Of a stretch of DNA of 38,730 bases, positions 9,309 to 19,050 are shown piece after piece. Where the stretch lies: the IMG/VR virus record IMGVR_UViG_3300027830_000004, positions 1 to 38,730 of that record. One strand, given 5' to 3'. The notes below the pieces were generated by a model. The model saw only the letters and a program-made list of their open reading frames with translations. It had not been told where the DNA came from and ran no database searches. How positions within the stretch are numbered: the stretch's first letter is position 1; each line of letters starts with the position of its first letter. The stretch is from a virus (Duplodnaviria > Caudoviricetes). The position numbers were made by a program, and so were the translations under genes.

Positions 9309-11411
9309 ATGGCGATAACCCGCATTACAAAGGGTGTCATCAAACCCAACGAGAATTACGATACACATAATATAGTCTCTACAGGTATTGTTACTTCAGT
9401 TGGATTGGATGTTAATGGAAACGCAGATATAAGTGGTAGTTTGTCAGTTGGTGGTGTGCTGACTTATGAAGATGTAACAAGTATTGATTCAGTTGGTATT
9501 ATAACTGCTCGAACTGGATTAGTTTCACCATATGCAGATATTGATGATTTTGTAAGTGTCGGAAGTAATATTCATTTAGGAAATGCTGGAGTTGTAACTG
9601 CAACAAGTTTTGTAGGAAGTGGTGCTGCCTTAACTGGTATTGATGCAACTGCAATCAAGGATTCTGGTGGTAACGTAAAGGTACAGGCACAAGCATCAGG
9701 TGCAATGTACACTGGTATTCATACATTTAGTTCAGGTGCAGAGGTTGGTAGTAATATTAAATTAGGAAATGCAGGAGTTATCACTGCGACAAGTTTTGTT
9801 GGTAGTGGTGCTGCATTAACTGGTATTGATGCAACTGCAGTTAAAGATTCTGGTGGTAACGTAAAGATTCAAGCACAGGCATCAGGTGCAGTTTATACTG
9901 GTATTCATACCTTTGGCACTAATACAAACTTTACAGATATTGATGTAGATGGTCATACAAATTTAGATAATTTAAACATCGCTGGAGTCTCTACTTTTGC
10001 TGGCACACTTAACGCATCAACTGTAAGTTCCACTGCATTTATTGCAAGTGGTGATTTAGACGTAGATGGTCATACAAATTTAGATAATGTAAGTATTGCT
10101 GGTGTGACTACAGCAAGTGGTAATATTAATATGGGTGGTGGTAATTTAATTTTTGGTGATAGTGGTGGTGATAGTGATGATAAGTTGGTATTCGGAGCAG
10201 GTTCAGATTTTAAAATATTTCATAACGGGAGCAATAATTACATTGATGTTGCTGGAAATGGACATCTTTATATAAGACCAAAGGCTAATTTTTATATTCA
10301 AGATTATACAAATGGTGAAGTTTGGATTGATGGAGCTCTCAATGGAGGTGTACAATTATATAATAATGGATCTCTAAAACTTGCAACGGATGGGAATGGC
10401 ATCACCGTGCAAGGTAATATCAATATGGCTACTGATAGTACGTTGCAACTTGGTGTAGGAAATGATTTTAAATTATTTCATAATGGAACAACGAATTATA
10501 TTCGATCTGCTAATGGTACTATACAAATCGATAATAATTCTGGTGTTCCTAATGCCCAGTTCATACCTGGACAAGGAACAAAATTATATTATGGAGCTTC
10601 TGTAAAATTTACTACAGAAACAAGTGGTGTTAATATTACTGGTATTGTAACTGCAACATCAGCAGATATAAATGGTGATTTAGATGTATCTGGTAATTTA
10701 AATCTTGATTATCGTTTAATTCATACTGGTGATGCAGACACCTACATGGAATTTCCTGCTGCTAATAGGATAAGATTTGCGACTGCCAACCAAGATAGAT
10801 TAGAGATTCGTGAAGACGGAAGAATAGTAACTCACGGATATGATGGAGATAGATTTATATTTAATCATGATATGGGTCATGGTGCAAGAAACGTACAAAT
10901 ATATGCGGTTGGTGATACAAGCACCTGGCATAGTTTTGTTGGTACAAACTTAACTCATGATGGTACAAATTATATTAAACCATCAGATAATGGAAATCAG
11001 AATTGGGGTAATATTTCTGGAATAGTATTTGAAGGTGCTTCTAATGCAAGTGCCATAGCAATGAGATTTGTTGTTGATGTGCCAGGCGATAATGGATTAA
11101 ATTATTCTTTAGGAGCTGGTAATTCAGGAAAAACAGCTGCGATTGAAAATAAAACTGCTGCATTTTTCAATGCAGGGGGAGATTTTATACCTGGAACTAA
11201 TAACACATATAATTTGGGTACAACAGCAATTCGTTGGAAAAACTTATATGTTAATGACTTACAACTTTCTAATGAAGCAAAGAAAGATACTGGTGGAAAT
11301 GATGTTGATGGAACTTGGGGAGACTGGACATTACAGGAAGGTGAGGATAAGGTTTATATGATAAATAATCGCACTGGTAAGAAGTATTCTCTAAAAATGG
11401 AGGAAGAATAA
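9309..11411 (+). CDS. Tail fibre protein, 700 aa
   Basis: Shared fibre modules; an internal ~63-aa duplication; C-terminal LGTT..RW.N.Y..DL.LSN...VDGTWGD.T.QEGE...INNR.GKKY domain also found in the 29635 gene. Confidence 0.85.
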   Translation: MAITRITKGVIKPNENYDTHNIVSTGIVTSVGLDVNGNADISGSLSVGGVLTYEDVTSIDSVGIITARTGLVSPYADIDDFVSVGSNIHLGNAGVVTATSFVGSGAALTGIDATAIKDSGGNVKVQAQASGAMYTGIHTFSSGAEVGSNIKLGNAGVITATSFVGSGAALTGIDATAVKDSGGNVKIQAQASGAVYTGIHTFGTNTNFTDIDVDGHTNLDNLNIAGVSTFAGTLNASTVSSTAFIASGDLDVDGHTNLDNVSIAGVTTASGNINMGGGNLIFGDSGGDSDDKLVFGAGSDFKIFHNGSNNYIDVAGNGHLYIRPKANFYIQDYTNGEVWIDGALNGGVQLYNNGSLKLATDGNGITVQGNINMATDSTLQLGVGNDFKLFHNGTTNYIRSANGTIQIDNNSGVPNAQFIPGQGTKLYYGASVKFTTETSGVNITGIVTATSADINGDLDVSGNLNLDYRLIHTGDADTYMEFPAANRIRFATANQDRLEIREDGRIVTHGYDGDRFIFNHDMGHGARNVQIYAVGDTSTWHSFVGTNLTHDGTNYIKPSDNGNQNWGNISGIVFEGASNASAIAMRFVVDVPGDNGLNYSLGAGNSGKTAAIENKTAAFFNAGGDFIPGTNNTYNLGTTAIRWKNLYVNDLQLSNEAKKDTGGNDVDGTWGDWTLQEGEDKVYMINNRTGKKYSLKMEEE

Positions 11412-12431
11412 ATGTCACCACTTTTTATAGGAGCAGCAAATAGCGGTAATCGTTTTTTTGGTAATCTTTCCTCAAATCCTGGCAGTGCAGTAGAGGGAGA
11501 TACCTATTATAATACAGCAACTAATAAATTATCCATTTATAATGGAAGTACTTGGATGGAGATACCAGCTCCATTAGGAACTGTAGGAAACCCTGCAGCT
11601 TCTGCTGCTGAAATAATTGCAGATGGTCAAAGTGGTGATGGATATTATTATATTAAATTGCCAACTGAATCTTCAGCTACGCAGAGATGGTGTGATTTAA
11701 CAAATGGTTATATGTTAATTGCTCATTGGAGTCCAAATACCACAACTGGTTCTGGTGATGCAAACCCAACACCTGGTTCCACATCTTTTGCTACATCATA
11801 TGGTGGATTTAGTGGTGTAACTGCTGCTGCTGTCGCTGCTCCGAATAGTTCTGATGATGAAGCGAGTAGTCAAACTTGGGTTTGGGATGCAGATACAAGA
11901 GGAACTCAGTCAGGAGGAAGTTTTCATAGAAATTGTGGAAGTTCACAGACATCTGTTCCTTCTCAAGGATCAAAACAATATATCCCTAAACATTATGGAT
12001 TTAATTGGCGATATATGAAATGGGGTGTAAGATTTTCCGTTCCAGCTGGTTCTTCTAGTTATAACTCAATGGATAACTTCTCACCAGGTACGAACGATAT
12101 CAACAGAATTTATGTTGATGGTCTTTCAATAACACACGGTGCATCTGCGACTGATGGAAGTGGGTCAGGTAGAAATCATATCTACACGATTCATGTAAAT
12201 GGAACTCCAACATCAGGAAACAACGGTGGTTCTAATCCAAGTTTTACAAGTAATGGAAATGGTAGAGTTAATTTCTCTAGTCACACTAGTGGCACTGCAT
12301 ATGGTGATTATAAGGCAACCTATGATAAAGGATCTTCTTCTGACACACGAATTGAAATGAGACTACAATCTGACCAAGATACTAATAACGAAGATAGTTA
12401 CATGCGAGCTTGGTATATTTTGATAAAATAA
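11412..12431 (+). CDS. Putative fibre-tip adhesin with a fibrinogen-like N-proximal segment, 339 aa
   Basis: GDTYYNTATNKLSIYNGSTW anchor motif, then NPAASA.EI...GDGYYYIK...WCDLTNG resembling the start of fibrinogen-C/collagen-C domains. Abuts the fibre stop codon and has a GGAGG SD. Confidence 0.6.
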   Translation: MSPLFIGAANSGNRFFGNLSSNPGSAVEGDTYYNTATNKLSIYNGSTWMEIPAPLGTVGNPAASAAEIIADGQSGDGYYYIKLPTESSATQRWCDLTNGYMLIAHWSPNTTTGSGDANPTPGSTSFATSYGGFSGVTAAAVAAPNSSDDEASSQTWVWDADTRGTQSGGSFHRNCGSSQTSVPSQGSKQYIPKHYGFNWRYMKWGVRFSVPAGSSSYNSMDNFSPGTNDINRIYVDGLSITHGASATDGSGSGRNHIYTIHVNGTPTSGNNGGSNPSFTSNGNGRVNFSSHTSGTAYGDYKATYDKGSSSDTRIEMRLQSDQDTNNEDSYMRAWYILIK

Positions 12432-12448
12432 AATAAGTATGTTATAAT
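12420..12448 (+). promoter_or_regulatory. Host sigma70-type (early/middle) promoter
   Basis: TTGATA (12420-25), 17-bp spacer, TATAAT (12443-48) with an extended TGn; upstream of the oxygenase gene. Confidence 0.7.
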
Positions 12449-12464
12449 TAAAAAAAAGTATATT

Positions 12465-13151
12465 ATGGACATAATGGAAAAGAATGTAAATGTTCAATCA
12501 CAGGCATTTGTGAATGTATATCAAGGAGCAATAACATCAGAAAATTGTAAAAAAATAATTGATTTTATAAATTCAAGTGATTTAAAACCAGGTCTAATGT
12601 CTGGTGGTAAGATGAAAAAAGTGAATCCTAAAATAAAAGATTCACTTGATATCACATTAAATTTTTCAGATTCGAGTCTTGCCACTGAAATTCTTAAAAA
12701 TGCATTACACTTTTGTAGTCAAGATTATATAAGAAGAAATCATGAATTAGAAAGAATTCAAGAGTTTGGATTATTTGATACATATAATTTACAAAAATAT
12801 AATCCTGGCCAAGGTTATCATAGTAGTCATTGTGAAAATGCTGGAGGTGCAAATTCTTTTAGAGTACTCGCATGGATGGTTTATTTAAATACGGTAAATG
12901 ACGGAGGTGGGACTTCTTTTGATAATTATGGATTTGAAACGAAAGCACAAGAAGGTGCATTATTGATTTGGCCAGCGTTCTGGACACATTTTCATCATGG
13001 TGTAGTAAGTCCAACTGAAACCAAATACATCGCTACTGGTTGGTATTCTTATAATAGTTTTCTTGGTGTGCCTTGTGATCGAATTGATTCTATTGGAATT
13101 CTTAACAAAGGTGAGGAACCACCAGAGGATGCAATTGTAATTGAACGATGA
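12465..13151 (+). CDS. 2OG-Fe(II) oxygenase (prolyl-4-hydroxylase-like)
   Basis: YNLQKY.PGQGY..SHCE (HxE)...RVLAWMVYLN.V.DGGGT.F...WPA.WTH.H.G...KYIATGW. Confidence 0.9.
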   Translation: MDIMEKNVNVQSQAFVNVYQGAITSENCKKIIDFINSSDLKPGLMSGGKMKKVNPKIKDSLDITLNFSDSSLATEILKNALHFCSQDYIRRNHELERIQEFGLFDTYNLQKYNPGQGYHSSHCENAGGANSFRVLAWMVYLNTVNDGGGTSFDNYGFETKAQEGALLIWPAFWTHFHHGVVSPTETKYIATGWYSYNSFLGVPCDRIDSIGILNKGEEPPEDAIVIER

Positions 13152-13159
13152 TGATAATA

Positions 13160-13166
13160 ATAAATA
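13160..13166 (+). promoter_or_regulatory. T4-like late promoter ATAAATA
   Basis: ATAAATAACTAAAAAG precedes ATG 13186. Confidence 0.75.
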
Positions 13167-13185
13167 ACTAAAAAGTATTGTATAA

Positions 13186-14934
13186 ATGGCGATAACCATA
13201 AGTGGTGCTAATAATGTAGATAAGATTCTGGCAACGGATGGAGTGTTAGATTCAATTTCTGGTTTTAATGTAGTCGGTGTGATGACTGCAGGGACTTTTG
13301 ATGTGACTGGAAAAACAACCACTGGTCATCTTAATGTTGGAAGTAATATACACATAGGAAATGCAGGTATTATAACTGCAACAACATTAATTGGAAATGT
13401 AACTGGTAATATAAATCATACTTCTAATCTTCTTCTTCAAATTAGTGGTAGTGAAAAATTTCGTGTAGGAACTTCAGGTCAGTTAGGAATCGGTGGTGCA
13501 AACTACGGAACATCAGGACAGGTATTAACAAGTGGTGGTTCAGGTAGTGCAGCAACTTGGAGTACGATTACATCAGATAAAATTACAGAAGGAAATACAG
13601 AGGCAGAAGTAGTAGATACAGGTTCAGACGGGCATTTCAAAGTTACAACTGAAGGTAGTGAAAGACTTCGCATCACATCAGATGGTAATATTGGTATCAA
13701 TGACACTGCACCTCCTAATTTTACTGGTTATAAAAGTCTTTCCATACACGGATCGACTGGTGGTGCACTTGTATTTGGTGATGATGGAACGGATGAGTGG
13801 GAGATATATGGGGGAGATGGAGTTGTAAAAATATATGATAGAGCAAACACACAAGAAAGAATTCGTATTTCAGATAATGGTGCGATTGGATTAGGCGGTG
13901 CAAATTATGGATCATCAGGTCAGGTATTAACAAGTGCTGGTTCAGGGAGTGCTGTAACTTGGAGTACGATTTCAGGAACAACAATAAACAATAATGCAGA
14001 TAATAGAATAATAACTGGTTCAGGAACCGCAAATACATTAGAAGGTGAATCTACACTTAATTATGGTGGTAATCAGTTAACCTTTAGTGGTACTGCAACT
14101 CCACTATCAGGAACAGGTCATAATTATTCAGTAAACATTTATAGGGATGGTGGAGGTGGATATGGTTATCTTGATGTAGTAACAGGATCATCTAATCATA
14201 CTGGAATAAGAATTAGAGCATATCATAATGGAACCTATAATAATGTTTTTGAACACACTACTGGTGATTTCACAAGATTTTATACTGGTGGAAATGAAAG
14301 ACTTCGCATCACATCAGATGGTAAAGTTGGGATTAATGAAACTTCTCCAGATGGTATGCTTCATCTGAAAGGTGGTGTTCCTGCAATATTTTTAGAGGAT
14401 AGTGATGGAACTCATGGACAGGCTATCATTGAACAAAATGGTGATATTTTAAAAATTAGACAAGATGCTGGAAATGCTTCCAGTGGAACTGGATCAGTTA
14501 TACAATTTGAAGTTGATGCTCAGGCTTATGCAAAAGTCGATACAGCATTCGGACTTAAGGCTGATAATACTTGTAAGGCATGGCTTTGTTATCGAAGTGA
14601 AGCAGGAAATGAAGGTATAATAGATGACTTTAATGTTGCTACTGTAAATGATGAAACCACAGGAACATTTGGTGTAAACCTAGAGGTTAATGTACATAGA
14701 CATGGTAATGGATGGTCTCAATCCATTGTGTTTGGATGTTATAATGACGGATCTAGACCACTTATAGCCTCTGTTGGATACGCACCATCTCATGGTAGTA
14801 ACAACCCTTGGTGGGATGTAGAAGATAATTTCGTGCGTGTACAAACTCAGCGTTCCGACAATGGTACTGTGCTTGATGCTAAAGTATTTAACTTGGCAAT
14901 GTTCGGAGACACTGGAGATCTTCACCCTGCTTAA
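13186..14934 (+). CDS. Tail fibre protein, 582 aa
   Basis: GGANYGxSGQVLTS x2, DTGSDGH, ERLRITSDG x2 and TINNNADNR modules; KAW...FNVATVND..TGTF.V tip domain. Confidence 0.85.
   Translation: MAITISGANNVDKILATDGVLDSISGFNVVGVMTAGTFDVTGKTTTGHLNVGSNIHIGNAGIITATTLIGNVTGNINHTSNLLLQISGSEKFRVGTSGQLGIGGANYGTSGQVLTSGGSGSAATWSTITSDKITEGNTEAEVVDTGSDGHFKVTTEGSERLRITSDGNIGINDTAPPNFTGYKSLSIHGSTGGALVFGDDGTDEWEIYGGDGVVKIYDRANTQERIRISDNGAIGLGGANYGSSGQVLTSAGSGSAVTWSTISGTTINNNADNRIITGSGTANTLEGESTLNYGGNQLTFSGTATPLSGTGHNYSVNIYRDGGGGYGYLDVVTGSSNHTGIRIRAYHNGTYNNVFEHTTGDFTRFYTGGNERLRITSDGKVGINETSPDGMLHLKGGVPAIFLEDSDGTHGQAIIEQNGDILKIRQDAGNASSGTGSVIQFEVDAQAYAKVDTAFGLKADNTCKAWLCYRSEAGNEGIIDDFNVATVNDETTGTFGVNLEVNVHRHGNGWSQSIVFGCYNDGSRPLIASVGYAPSHGSNNPWWDVEDNFVRVQTQRSDNGTVLDAKVFNLAMFGDTGDLHPA
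13660..13688 (+). repeat. Junction repeat GAAAGACTTCGCATCACATC(AGATGGTAA), copy 1
   Basis: The 29 bp are identical at 14296-14324. The 20-bp core is exact at 21442 and 21664; near copies at 17251, 23475 and 27683. Confidence 0.9.
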
Positions 14935-14939
14935 ATAAA

Positions 14940-15149
14940 ATGGCTGACACAACAAAAGTATTAATTTACAACAACGAATTTGGAACAATTACGGTTTGTT
15001 ATCCTTCTGCTAGAACCAAGAAAACTTGGGATGAAATTAAAGCAGGAATTGGAACTGTAATGTGTCCTGATCAACAATTTCATTTGGTAAATAGATCGGA
15101 TGTACCTACTGATAGAACATTCCGTGATGCTTGGACTTACACACCTTGA
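14940..15149 (+). CDS. Small fibre-associated protein (putative assembly chaperone, part 1), 69 aa
   Basis: Directly follows the fibre gene; ends in DVPTDRTFRDAW. Confidence 0.65.
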   Translation: MADTTKVLIYNNEFGTITVCYPSARTKKTWDEIKAGIGTVMCPDQQFHLVNRSDVPTDRTFRDAWTYTP

Positions 15150-15160
15150 GGTAATTAAAA

Positions 15161-15424
15161 ATGGGATTTGGAATCAATATGTCCAGAGCAAAGGACATTC
15201 ATAAAAATAATATTCGTGAGGCTAGGAAAGATAAACTAGCAGCATTGGATATTGAGTTTCAGATAGCACAAGAAACTAGTGCAGATACTTCTGCTATTGT
15301 TGCAAAGAAACAAGTATTGAGAGATTATCCTGCTCGTGCTGGAATTGCTACTGCTGTTAATACACAAGATTTAAAAGCAGATTGGGATACGACTATTCTT
15401 GGAGATAAACCACAAGGTTATTGA
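15161..15424 (+). CDS. Small fibre-associated protein (putative assembly chaperone, part 2), 87 aa
   Basis: GAGGT SD; helical IREARKDKLAALD...KKQVLRDYP resembling the chaperone LR..R...L..D...Q.LRD.P pattern. Confidence 0.65.
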   Translation: MGFGINMSRAKDIHKNNIREARKDKLAALDIEFQIAQETSADTSAIVAKKQVLRDYPARAGIATAVNTQDLKADWDTTILGDKPQGY

Positions 15425-15906
15425 TGATTAAACTTGATTATCCTTACGCATCCGAATTGAATCCTTTATTATATCAAATATCAAAGGATGATATTGAGTT
15501 TTCTGAAGCAGCAGAATTGCATGTAAATGCAATGGATAAACCTGAAGTCAGAACAATTAAAGTTCCAGGCGATGCTACATTAACTGCTCTTAATATACAT
15601 CAAAAAGATATTAAAGAAGTAGATAAATTTTTTAATTGGTTAAATAAATCAATAGGTGTAGAAATTAAAAGAAGTTGGGTAATAGTATATAACAAAGGTC
15701 AGTCTGCTAATAGTCATCGTCATATAGAATATAAAACAACTTTTTCTTATGGTATTAACATTCCAGAGGGTTCTTCTCCTTTAATTATATCTGGTAATAA
15801 AGTAGAACCAGTTGTAGGTGAAGTTATTGCTTTCTCTGGGGAGTTGTATCATAGTGTTCCAGCATCTGAAATTGATGGTAGATGTGTTCTTGTTGGTCAT
15901 GGATAA
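15424..15906 (+). CDS. 2OG-Fe(II) oxygenase-like protein (HxH type)
   Basis: SWVIVY.KGQ....HRH...SY...GEVIAF.G.LYHSVP.....R.V. The ATG at 15424 overlaps the upstream TGA and is preferred over TTG 15421. Confidence 0.75.
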   Translation: MIKLDYPYASELNPLLYQISKDDIEFSEAAELHVNAMDKPEVRTIKVPGDATLTALNIHQKDIKEVDKFFNWLNKSIGVEIKRSWVIVYNKGQSANSHRHIEYKTTFSYGINIPEGSSPLIISGNKVEPVVGEVIAFSGELYHSVPASEIDGRCVLVGHG

Positions 15907-15911
15907 AATAC

Positions 15912-15918
15912 ATAAATA
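15912..15918 (+). promoter_or_regulatory. T4-like late promoter ATAAATA
   Basis: ATAAATAACTAAAAAA precedes ATG 15934. Confidence 0.75.
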
Positions 15919-15933
15919 ACTAAAAAAATATAA

Positions 15934-18900
15934 ATGGTATTAAGTAGACTCACAAAGATAACTGGACCTGGTGTTGCGACAGACACCAACTGGGTGGGTA
16001 ATAATGCCGATTTTACTGGTATCACTACCACTGCTACATCATTTAATATTGGTGTAACAACATTTCACTCTACACTTGCAGAAGTACATAATATTAAATC
16101 AACAGGAATTATAACTGCAACTGGTGGATCTTTTTCAGGAAATGTTACTGCAACTGGTGGATCTTTTTCAGGAAATGTTACTGCAGTTGATGGAACTTTT
16201 TCAGGTAATGTTTCAATCGCAGGTACATTAACATATGAAGACGTAACTAATATAGATGCAGTTGGTATAATTACTGCACCAGCACTTGATGTTGATGACT
16301 TTTTAGATGTAGGAAGCAATATAAAATTAGGAAATGCAGGTGTCATAACAGCAACAAGTTTTGTAGGTAGTGGTGCTGCTCTAACTGGAATAGATGCAAC
16401 TGCAATCAAAGATTCTGGTGGTAACGTAAAGATTCAAGCACAGGCATCAGGTGCAATTCATTCTGGTGTTTCAACTTTTCAAGATATAGATGTTGATGGA
16501 CATACAAATCTAGATAATGTAAGTGTTGCTGGTGTTTCAACTTTTCAAGATATAGATGTTGATGGACATACAAATCTAGATAATGTAAGTGTTGCTGGTG
16601 TTACAACATTCACAGGTGATACAACCTTTAGTGGTGCGACAAGTGCTATATCTGTTGATGGTGATATAAGATTTACTAATAGTAGTTGGGCAGGTAATGC
16701 TGGTGCTAAATTACAACATCATAATAATTATTTGTATATAACCACTGGAGCTAGTGGATTGTATATTAGGGATGAAGGTTCAAATAATTGGTGGGTTTTC
16801 GATACTAATGGTCATTTCAAACCTGTCATCGATAGTGCAATTGATATTGGAACTAGCTCTGTTCGTGTGAGAAATGGATATTTTGATACCTTATATGGTA
16901 GTGGTGCGAACTTAACTTCATTACCAGCACAAGCAACCATCGCAAACAACGCAAACAATCGAGTCATAACTGGCGGTAGTGGAGTTAATTTAAATGGTGA
17001 AGTAGATTTAGTGTGGGACGGATCGAGGATGGGTGTTTTAAATCAAGCACCTCAAAATCAATACTTCAACACCCTTGTAGTTGGAAATAATTCTGCAGGA
17101 GATAAGGGGATAACAATTCGGACAAACAACACTAGTAAAGGTGTTCTAGCATTTTCTGATACTGATAGTGCTGATGCAAATAGGTATGATGGATATATTT
17201 CATATCAACATAGTGATCAGTCAATGCGTTTCAATACAGGTGGAGCAAATGAAAGACTTCAGATCACATCAGCTGGGAATGTTACTATAGCAACAAATGA
17301 TGTAGCACTTCGTGGAGCAGGAACATTAAGAATTAACAGTGGTTCTACTTCTGGAGCATTAAATTTAGATGGAGGATCTACTAATCATGGTGGTGAAATA
17401 AATCTTCTTGGTGGTAGTAATGGTGGAAGAATATTATTCAGAACTGGACAAGGTTCAGGACAGCAAAGTGAAAAAATGCGTCTTAATGAGAATGGTAATC
17501 TTGGTGTTAACGAGACAAGTCCACAAAGACGTTTCCATGTGACTGGTTCTGCTGGTGATGGTGGTGGTGCTGCACATTTTGGAGTAGCGGGAACGAACGG
17601 TGGAAATGCTTATATTGGTGACACTCCTGTAGTTACAATATCAACAGATGGAAATGCAAATGCTGGAACTAATGATGAAAAAGCACTATTCCAAGTTGGT
17701 AGAGGTGGCGGTGGTGCGGGTGCTACAGCAGTTACAACAGAGCATTTTAGAGTTAATTTGGGTGGTGCGGTTCAGATTGGTGGTGCGGTTGGAAATAATG
17801 CAGATATTGATATTGCAAATACAAAACTGACTATCAAACAATCTGCAAATAATAGAGAAGACGGTATCTATCTTGAGAGAACTGGAGAAAGAAGAGGATG
17901 GTTAATGTTTGTTGGTGGTTCAGGTAGTTATAATGATGCTTTTTGTTTATCTACTAATCAGATGGGAACTAAAACTGATGTTTTAGCAATTGATAGAGGT
18001 AATAGACTTGCAAAACTTGGTGGTGATGTTATTATTGATAGCACTAATAATGGATACGGTGGATTAAGAATTTATGACGATAGCTCTGGTGGATACAATG
18101 TAAATTATGTTGGTGGAAGAAGTGATGGTAATATGTCTCATGTATTTAAGTCTGGTGGTAGAAGTCAAAACCAATCACCTTGGACAGATGCTAGTGGTTC
18201 TGAAATAATGAGAGTAAGTCTAAGTAATGGACTACAACTACAGGGTGATACTGATTCAGCACTTCAATTTCATACAGGTGATCATTATAAATTCAAAACA
18301 AAAGATAGAGAAAGAGTACATTTAGACAACAGGGGTGTGTTGACAGCACCTAAATTATCAACTAAGGCATTAATATTCTCATCTTGTACCAACAAATGGG
18401 CTTCTTCGAGAACTATAACGAATTTTGTGATGCAATTCTACACTGGATCTTCAGGTTCAACATATCACTTTATGAGAATGATTTCACAACCTGACTGGGC
18501 TTTTGATGATGTTGAAATTAGACAATATCGTTATCAATATAATCCATCTGGGTCTGACCATACTGTAAGAAGATATTATTCTTACTATGGTAGTCATAGT
18601 GAACAAATAGTTAGGTACAACCAAAATGGTAGTGGAACTGGTACTGGAAATGATAACTATATAACTAAAAGAACTGACTTTGGACCAGGTGGTTCAATGA
18701 CAATTCACCAAGCATCAAATGGTGGATATTATAGAGACTTATATGGTAGTGATTATGCAATAAGTCTAGGTGCGTATTATGGTGTAGTGCTAGAAATTAA
18801 AATTACTGCTAGTGTTGGCGTATATGATACTGGTGACTATCCAACTGCATATGATTTTTATCCAGCAAACTATGGTGGACAGGCAACACAAAGTAATGCA

Positions 18901-19041
18901 GATAATCATGGTGGTCCTAGAGGTGTTTGGTTTAATACCAAAGCAAACGGAACTGGTTCTGGAACAGCACCAGTCATATCAAGCAAAAACTCTGATAGAG
19001 GATGGTTCACTGGTTCCAACTTCTTAGATACATCATTATAG
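15934..19041 (+). CDS. Long tail fibre protein, 1035 aa
   Basis: Shared modules; serial ERLQITS/EKMRLN/EHFRVN/EIMRVS repeats separate variable segments; unique aromatic-rich C-terminal domain. Confidence 0.85.
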   Translation: MVLSRLTKITGPGVATDTNWVGNNADFTGITTTATSFNIGVTTFHSTLAEVHNIKSTGIITATGGSFSGNVTATGGSFSGNVTAVDGTFSGNVSIAGTLTYEDVTNIDAVGIITAPALDVDDFLDVGSNIKLGNAGVITATSFVGSGAALTGIDATAIKDSGGNVKIQAQASGAIHSGVSTFQDIDVDGHTNLDNVSVAGVSTFQDIDVDGHTNLDNVSVAGVTTFTGDTTFSGATSAISVDGDIRFTNSSWAGNAGAKLQHHNNYLYITTGASGLYIRDEGSNNWWVFDTNGHFKPVIDSAIDIGTSSVRVRNGYFDTLYGSGANLTSLPAQATIANNANNRVITGGSGVNLNGEVDLVWDGSRMGVLNQAPQNQYFNTLVVGNNSAGDKGITIRTNNTSKGVLAFSDTDSADANRYDGYISYQHSDQSMRFNTGGANERLQITSAGNVTIATNDVALRGAGTLRINSGSTSGALNLDGGSTNHGGEINLLGGSNGGRILFRTGQGSGQQSEKMRLNENGNLGVNETSPQRRFHVTGSAGDGGGAAHFGVAGTNGGNAYIGDTPVVTISTDGNANAGTNDEKALFQVGRGGGGAGATAVTTEHFRVNLGGAVQIGGAVGNNADIDIANTKLTIKQSANNREDGIYLERTGERRGWLMFVGGSGSYNDAFCLSTNQMGTKTDVLAIDRGNRLAKLGGDVIIDSTNNGYGGLRIYDDSSGGYNVNYVGGRSDGNMSHVFKSGGRSQNQSPWTDASGSEIMRVSLSNGLQLQGDTDSALQFHTGDHYKFKTKDRERVHLDNRGVLTAPKLSTKALIFSSCTNKWASSRTITNFVMQFYTGSSGSTYHFMRMISQPDWAFDDVEIRQYRYQYNPSGSDHTVRRYYSYYGSHSEQIVRYNQNGSGTGTGNDNYITKRTDFGPGGSMTIHQASNGGYYRDLYGSDYAISLGAYYGVVLEIKITASVGVYDTGDYPTAYDFYPANYGGQATQSNADNHGGPRGVWFNTKANGTGSGTAPVISSKNSDRGWFTGSNFLDTSL
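16114..16185 (+). repeat. Exact 33-bp in-frame tandem repeat (TATGGSFSGNV x2 plus partial)
   Basis: actgcaactggtggatctttttcaggaaatgtt at 16114 and 16147. Confidence 0.95.
16463..16602 (+). repeat. Exact 66-bp in-frame tandem repeat (GVSTFQDIDVDGHTNLDNVSVA x2)
   Basis: Identical units start at 16463 and 16529. Confidence 0.95.
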
Positions 19042-19050
19042 GAGATTATT

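Noticed and set aside
14931-14937. TTAAATA as a late promoter for the 14940 gene
   Set aside because: It lies only 2 nt from the ATG, too close for a transcript that includes the start codon; probably just a stop codon in A-rich context.
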